A stretch of DNA of 21,676 nt, from NCBI RefSeq assembly GCF_003003775.1, contig NZ_PVWJ01000089.1, positions 1-21,676 of the forward strand. The letters are read 5' to 3'. The DNA comes from Merismopedia glauca CCAP 1448/3. Lineage in GTDB: Bacteria > Cyanobacteriota > Cyanobacteriia > Cyanobacteriales > CCAP-1448. Position numbers and translations under genes: made by a program. The number at the start of each line of letters is the position of its first letter. The stretch's first letter is position 1. Shown one piece after another: positions 17,274 through 21,676 of this stretch. The notes under the pieces were generated by a model. That model worked only from the letters and a program-made list of their open reading frames with translations, ran no database searches and had not been told where the DNA came from.

Positions 17274-18491
17274 ATGTTACCTAGCGAGTTATTAATTCAC
17301 AGGTATTCAGGTGAAAGCGTGATTCCGAAGCGGTTACCGTTGAGCGATCGCTATTTTTCTCTAACTAATGACGTGATTGATTGTTTCCAAGAAAGCGTAG
17401 GTCATTCTCAAGGGGAATTAGACCGCAAATTGTTAGATTTGGAAGGAGATAGTCCAGAATATCGGATTTATCGAGGTATCGTTCATCTTCTGAAAGGCGA
17501 TGCTTTTAGCAAGTTTGAAGTGATTAGTCCTTTAGAACCGCAAAAATTAAGATATAGAGTCTATTCTTTAGCTGCTTTATCGGTTCCCAGCCCTGCTTCA
17601 ACTGAGCAAACTTTGGCTACTTTAGCACGTACCCTATCTGAAGAGTTAAACACTGAAGTCCTCCCTAACCAAATTAGTCAGGGTTTGTACGCAGATTTAC
17701 CAGAAAACCGGATTTTAACCCAGTTTGATACTCCAGATACCCTAGCTATTATTCATCGCTATAATCTCTCGCAAGTTCAAGGGATTTTTTACCGTGCTAG
17801 TGAGATTACCATTAATGCTCATCGCAATGTTCCAGGACAGTATAAATTACTCTTTCGCTACCTGAAACTCTTTGGATTGATGAGTTACATCGAAGGAGAC
17901 GCAGACCAAGGGTTTACGATTAAAATTGATGGTCCAACTAGCTTGTTTCAAACTAGTACTCGTTACGGATTGGCTATAGCTAAGCTGCTACCAGCACTAT
18001 TACACGTAACCAAGTGGAGTCTATCTGCAACTTTACAAATGCGGGACTTTAATTCTAATCAGCTAAAACCAGGTAGATTTACCCTAAATTCTGAATGCGG
18101 CTTGGTAACTCATTATCCTCCTGGTAAACCCTACGATAGTATGCTAGAAGCGTCTTTTGCTAGCCGTTGGGAAGCTTTAAAGACTGAGTGGGAATTAGAG
18201 AGAGAGGTAGATCTAATCCCGATTCCTGGTAGCGTGATGATTCCTGATTTTCGGCTAGTACATCCCGATGGAAGGACTTTTCTACTGGAGATTATTGGTT
18301 ACTGGCGACCTGAGTATTTACAGAAAAAATTTTATCAGGTTCAGCGATCGGGTTGCGAAAATTTGATTTTGGCGATTTCTCAACGATTAAATTTAGATAA
18401 AGCGGGGGTCAACTTTAGCGAAACTCCAGCTAGGATTGTTTGGTTCAAAGATAAGCTACTACCGAAAGATATCTTAACTTTAATTAGCTAA
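17274..18491 (+). CDS. DUF790 family protein (Bax1-like), with a C-terminal PD-(D/E)xK-like endonuclease fold
   Basis: About 405 aa from ATG 17274 (MLPSELLIHRYSGESVIPKRL..., resembling DUF790 N-termini). The ORF track opens 14 codons earlier at 17232; that extension is Cys-rich and atypical, so I discount it. The C-terminus DLIPIPGSVMIPDFRLVHPDGRTFLLEIIGYWRPEYLQKKF looks like a restriction-endonuclease core (D...D...E-I-I), but the canonical Lys is not obvious. Assignment from memory. Confidence 0.5.
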   Translation: MLPSELLIHRYSGESVIPKRLPLSDRYFSLTNDVIDCFQESVGHSQGELDRKLLDLEGDSPEYRIYRGIVHLLKGDAFSKFEVISPLEPQKLRYRVYSLAALSVPSPASTEQTLATLARTLSEELNTEVLPNQISQGLYADLPENRILTQFDTPDTLAIIHRYNLSQVQGIFYRASEITINAHRNVPGQYKLLFRYLKLFGLMSYIEGDADQGFTIKIDGPTSLFQTSTRYGLAIAKLLPALLHVTKWSLSATLQMRDFNSNQLKPGRFTLNSECGLVTHYPPGKPYDSMLEASFASRWEALKTEWELEREVDLIPIPGSVMIPDFRLVHPDGRTFLLEIIGYWRPEYLQKKFYQVQRSGCENLILAISQRLNLDKAGVNFSETPARIVWFKDKLLPKDILTLIS

Positions 18492-19033
18492 ACCCAGGAT
18501 ATGGAGTAGTTTCCACCCCTGATTTTGATGATACGCCAGTCAAAAGTATCACATATAATCAAGCGAATCACTTCTGGAAATGAAGTTAATTGATAGGATG
18601 GGGCGATCGCCCTTAATGTGATTTAGTATTTTTAGATACTCAGTAGTCAAAGTTACTGATTTTCCCCATCAGCTTGTAGTCAATACATTTTTAATTCCCC
18701 AAATTACTGAATATTGTAAATTTGAAAGTTTTTGAGAGACAAAAAATCAAATATGTCATATAATTTTCAAGTAAGTTTTTGATTTTAATTTAAATGTAGT
18801 AAAATTGAATCCCCATCACATTAGCTGGGTTATCAGATTTTTTACTAACTGAATTGACTAATGTAAATCTTAACTAAGTAGAAGGAAGCACTGTCTTTTC
18901 AAGGCAGGATATCTTCCACAAAAGCCAATCAGAGAAAATTTCTAACAGGATACTATTATATATATTAGATGGTTGGCATACAGTTAAGTTACAGAATCTT
19001 CTAGTATCGATATTGTGAGACTAAAGATAGCTT

Positions 19034-20341
19034 ATGAGTGGCAATAATTTAAGTTGGGAAGACAAGATTAGATTATCTATAATCACTCAGTTTTACCCTC
19101 CAGATTATGCAGCAACCGGACAATTGATTGAAGAATTAGCAATTCAGCTTTCTCGTTTAGGCATGAAAGTAGATATTTTTACAGGTCAGCCTGGATATGC
19201 TTTTCAAAAAAAATCCGCTCCCGCTAGAGAAAATAGGGAAAAGATTCAGATTAGGCGATCGCGTACTGCCAGAATGTGGCATCAAAGAATTCGTGGTAAG
19301 ACTATAGGTGGAGTTTTATTTTGCCTCCGTTGTGCCTTACATTTAATTAAAAGAAGTCGTCGAGTAGACATTCTTTTAGTGACAACGGCTCCACCTTTTT
19401 TGCCAATTTTATGTTATTTTGTCGATCTATTTTTCGGGTTATCTTATGTATGTTTACTATATGATATATATCCAGATGTAGCAGTAGAATTGAAGGTCGT
19501 CAAACCTAATAGTTGGATTGTCAAAATCTGGAACCTACTTAACATTTTAAGTTGGCAAAGAGCTAAGAAAATCATCGTTTTGAGTAGCTCAATGGCAGAG
19601 AAAATCAGCCAAAAATGCCCAAAAATAGCTGATAAAATCGTCCCAATTCACAACTGGGCAGATCCCAATTTAATCTCGCCTTTACCGAAAGAAAAAAACT
19701 GGTTTGCTCAAAAATATAACTTAGTTAATAAGTTTACGGTCTTGTATTCAGGTAATTTAGGGCGTTGTCACGACTTAGAAACAATCTTGGAAGCAGCCCA
19801 AATTTTGCAACATGAACCAGTAGAATTTGTGTTTGTGGGTGATGGAGCAAAAAGCAGTTCTTGTCAACAAAAAGTCCAGCAATGGGGACTGAAAAACTGT
19901 CAGTTTCTACCCTATCAAGAAAAGCAAAACTTGCCTTATTCTTTAACAGCAGGAGATCTCTCTTTAGTCAGTGTTTCTAAAGGTATGGAAGGGTTAGTTG
20001 CGCCTAGCAAGTTTTACGGTGCATTAGCTTCTGGATTAGCTATAGCAGTTATTTGCGAGTCACATTCATATTTACGCGAACTCGTTTCTGATGCTAAATG
20101 CGGTAAAAGCTTTAACAATGAAGATAGCCAAGGTTTAGCAGATTTTATCCGATATTTAGCCACCAATCCAGAAGTAGCTAAACGCATGGGAAATTCTGGT
20201 CGTCAGTATTTAGAAAAACACTTGACACCAGAAATTATTGCTCAGCAATATTCCGAAGTTTTGTATGAAGCAGTTGGCAAATTAGAAACAGGGGAAGACT
20301 TATCAGTTGCTACTAAACCAGTGATTTTAACAACTAAATAG
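19034..20341 (+). CDS. GT4 family glycosyltransferase (group-1 glycosyl transferase, WcaI/WbuB-like)
   Basis: 435 aa. N-terminal IITQFYPPDYAATGQLIEELA, typical of GT-B GT4 enzymes. C-terminal sugar-donor region GNLGRCHDLETILEAA...MEGLVAPSKFYGALASG, an EX7E-like motif. Confidence 0.85.
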   Translation: MSGNNLSWEDKIRLSIITQFYPPDYAATGQLIEELAIQLSRLGMKVDIFTGQPGYAFQKKSAPARENREKIQIRRSRTARMWHQRIRGKTIGGVLFCLRCALHLIKRSRRVDILLVTTAPPFLPILCYFVDLFFGLSYVCLLYDIYPDVAVELKVVKPNSWIVKIWNLLNILSWQRAKKIIVLSSSMAEKISQKCPKIADKIVPIHNWADPNLISPLPKEKNWFAQKYNLVNKFTVLYSGNLGRCHDLETILEAAQILQHEPVEFVFVGDGAKSSSCQQKVQQWGLKNCQFLPYQEKQNLPYSLTAGDLSLVSVSKGMEGLVAPSKFYGALASGLAIAVICESHSYLRELVSDAKCGKSFNNEDSQGLADFIRYLATNPEVAKRMGNSGRQYLEKHLTPEIIAQQYSEVLYEAVGKLETGEDLSVATKPVILTTK

Positions 20342-20372
20342 AATAGACTTCTTGCAGAAGTCGGGGAATCGC

Positions 20373-20540
20373 GGTAGGCTAAAATGCCGGAAGTGGTTCC
20401 GGCATCGCCTACCTTGGGAGTCGGGAGTCGGGAATCGGTACAACTTTTGACGCTTTCATTCCTAGAAACTATTATTTTTTCACTTTTGCAAGAGTTCTAA
20501 TAAGGAGTCAGGAGTCAGAAATTTGCCAATCCCCAATCCC
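20373..20540. repeat. Intergenic repeat cluster holding a long nested hairpin and three STRR heptamer tandems
   Basis: Hairpin 20373..20413: GGTAGGC-TAAA-ATGCCGGAA-GTGG-TTCCGGCAT-C-GCCTACC, with 7+9 bp of stem. STRR tandems follow: GGGAGTC x3 at 20416..20438, GGAGTCA x2 at 20504..20518, CAATCCC x2 at 20527..20540. Confidence 0.6.
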
Positions 20541-20578
20541 TTGGACTGAGCGCAGTCGAAGTCCCAATGCCCCATCTA

Positions 20579-21676
20579 CTAACCAAAGATACTACCAAAG
20601 AAGTCGATCGCCTCTCGTAAAGCTGCGATAAACACATCAATTTCCTCGCGGGTGTTATAGAAATATAAACTCGCCCGTGCGGTTGATTGGGCTTTAAGAT
20701 ATCTGTGTAAGGGTTGAGTACAGTGATGACCAGCGCGAATGGCGATCCCAGCTTGGTCTAAAATGGTAGATAAATCGTGAGGATGGACATCTCCTGCGGT
20801 AAAAGCAGCTAAAGCAGCCCTTCCTTGAGTTATATTTGGTCCATAGACTCTAACTTGGGGAATTTCTTGCAGTTTTTGGTACAGATAAGTACTTAATTCA
20901 GTTTCGTAGTCATGAATCCGCTCCATACCAATATTACTAAGATAATCTATAGCTGCACCTAAACCGACAGCTTCAGCGATCGCAGGAGTTCCAGCTTCAA
21001 ACTTGTGGGGAAGATCTGCGTAGGTAGAACGTTCTAGAAACACATCGGCAATCATCTCACCACCACCTAAAAATGGCGGCATCGATCGCAATAAATCTAG
21101 TTTGCCATATAAAAAGCCTATTCCCGTCGGCGCGCACATTTTATGTCCAGAAGCCACTAACCAATCGCAGTCAATCTCTCGAACATTGAGGGGTAAATGA
21201 GGTACGCTTTGACAAGCATCGATTAAGACTTTAGCGCCGTATTTGTGGGCAATCTGGCAGATTTCTGTAACTGGATTGATGCAACCGAGGGTATTAGAAA
21301 CATGAACCACCGATACTAGTTTAGTGCGATCGCTCACCAACCCTTTATACTGTTCTAAATCGAAACTTTCCTCTGGTGTCAGTTCCACAAACTTTAGCAC
21401 CGCACCCGTTTTTTGCGCGATAATTTGCCAAGGAACTAGATTGCTATGGTGTTCCATCACCGAGAGAATCACTTCATCTCCCTGCTGGAGATTAGCTAAA
21501 CCCCAGGAATATGCAACTAAGTTAATTGCTTCCGAAGCATTGCGGGTAAAGACAATTTCTTGATGAGAAGCAGCCTGAACAAAATTAGCCACCTTCACCC
21601 TAGCACCTTCGTAGGCATCAGTCGCTCTACCGCTTAGGGTGTGAACCCCTCGATGCACGTTAGAATTATCTTGAGT
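20579..21676 (-). CDS. sufS: Cysteine desulfurase, SufS-type (class-V aminotransferase fold). The N-terminus is truncated by the window edge.
   Basis: - Reading frame open to position 21676.
- ...[27 protein letters not shown]... present.
- PLP-lysine region [17 protein letters not shown].
- Catalytic Cys loop [14 protein letters not shown] (the SufS group-II signature).
- C-terminal stop at 20579. Confidence 0.85.
   Translation of the reverse strand, partial: TQDNSNVHRGVHTLSGRATDAYEGARVKVANFVQAASHQEIVFTRNASEAINLVAYSWGLANLQQGDEVILSVMEHHSNLVPWQIIAQKTGAVLKFVELTPEESFDLEQYKGLVSDRTKLVSVVHVSNTLGCINPVTEICQIAHKYGAKVLIDACQSVPHLPLNVREIDCDWLVASGHKMCAPTGIGFLYGKLDLLRSMPPFLGGGEMIADVFLERSTYADLPHKFEAGTPAIAEAVGLGAAIDYLSNIGMERIHDYETELSTYLYQKLQEIPQVRVYGPNITQGRAALAAFTAGDVHPHDLSTILDQAGIAIRAGHHCTQPLHRYLKAQSTARASLYFYNTREEIDVFIAALREAIDFFGSIFG

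Noticed and set aside
18642-18657. NtcA/CRP-type site GTA-N8-TAC (AGTAGTCAAAGTTACT) as a confident regulatory call
   Set aside because: The bare GTA-N8-TAC pattern is expected about 5 times by chance in a window this size, and no well-spaced -10 box is obvious 22 nt downstream. It is kept only as a note within the GT4-leader finding.
21324-21563. ORF 21324..21563 (+, 79 aa)
   Set aside because: Antisense shadow ORF inside sufS.
1-21676. CRISPR arrays, toxin-antitoxin pairs, restriction-modification or other canonical defence modules
   Set aside because: No direct repeats of 25 nt or longer with regular spacers were seen. No small adjacent ORF pairs with TA-like features. No methyltransferase or restriction motifs.

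Overview
This 21.7 kb window looks like ordinary chromosomal DNA from a cyanobacterium, most likely a filamentous Nostocales-type strain. About 25 copies of the HIP1 octamer GCGATCGC are scattered through genes and spacers. Many intergenic heptamer tandem repeats of the STRR type are present (CTTCTGA, GGGAGTC, GGAGTCA, CATCCTT/GAAGGAA). Clade-typical genes include petC-petA, ndhN, lrtA/hpf, a DUF3067 protein and a DUF1868 2H-phosphodiesterase. Gene order, left to right, with strand in brackets:
- N-terminal 46 codons of an IS4/IS1634-like transposase, running off the left edge (-)
- long-form ribosome hibernation factor hpf/lrtA (-)
- an AT-rich spacer
- two tightly spaced tRNA-like genes with encoded CCA plus a third tRNA-like fragment (+)
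- a 523-aa SPFH/band-7 protein with a triplicated N-terminal SPFH segment (+)
- nadA (+)
- the TIGR04282 (DUF2064) and TIGR04283 (GT2) glycosyltransferase pair, separated by a GC-rich structured spacer (+)
- an orphan membrane sensor histidine kinase (+), convergent with an FHA-PAS-coiled-coil-PAS protein (-)
- the petC-petA operon with a clear intrinsic terminator (-)
- a DUF3067 protein (+)
- a DUF1868 2H-phosphoesterase (-), divergent from holA (+)
- a secreted DUF4168-like protein (+)
- a class-3 aldehyde dehydrogenase (+)
- ndhN (-)
- a DUF790 (Bax1-like nuclease fold) protein (+)
- a GT4 glycosyltransferase behind a 540-bp AT-rich leader (+)
- a C-terminal, N-truncated sufS cysteine desulfurase running off the right edge (-)
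I see no CRISPR array, toxin-antitoxin pair, canonical defence island or biosynthetic cluster. The most unusual material is:
- the tRNA-like mini-array with non-canonical anticodon loops beside a transposase fragment
- the internally triplicated SPFH protein
- a family of GC-rich hairpin or palindrome elements sitting in AT-rich spacers
- the stand-alone DUF790 protein
All product calls come from motif recognition by eye, with no database search, so they are provisional.
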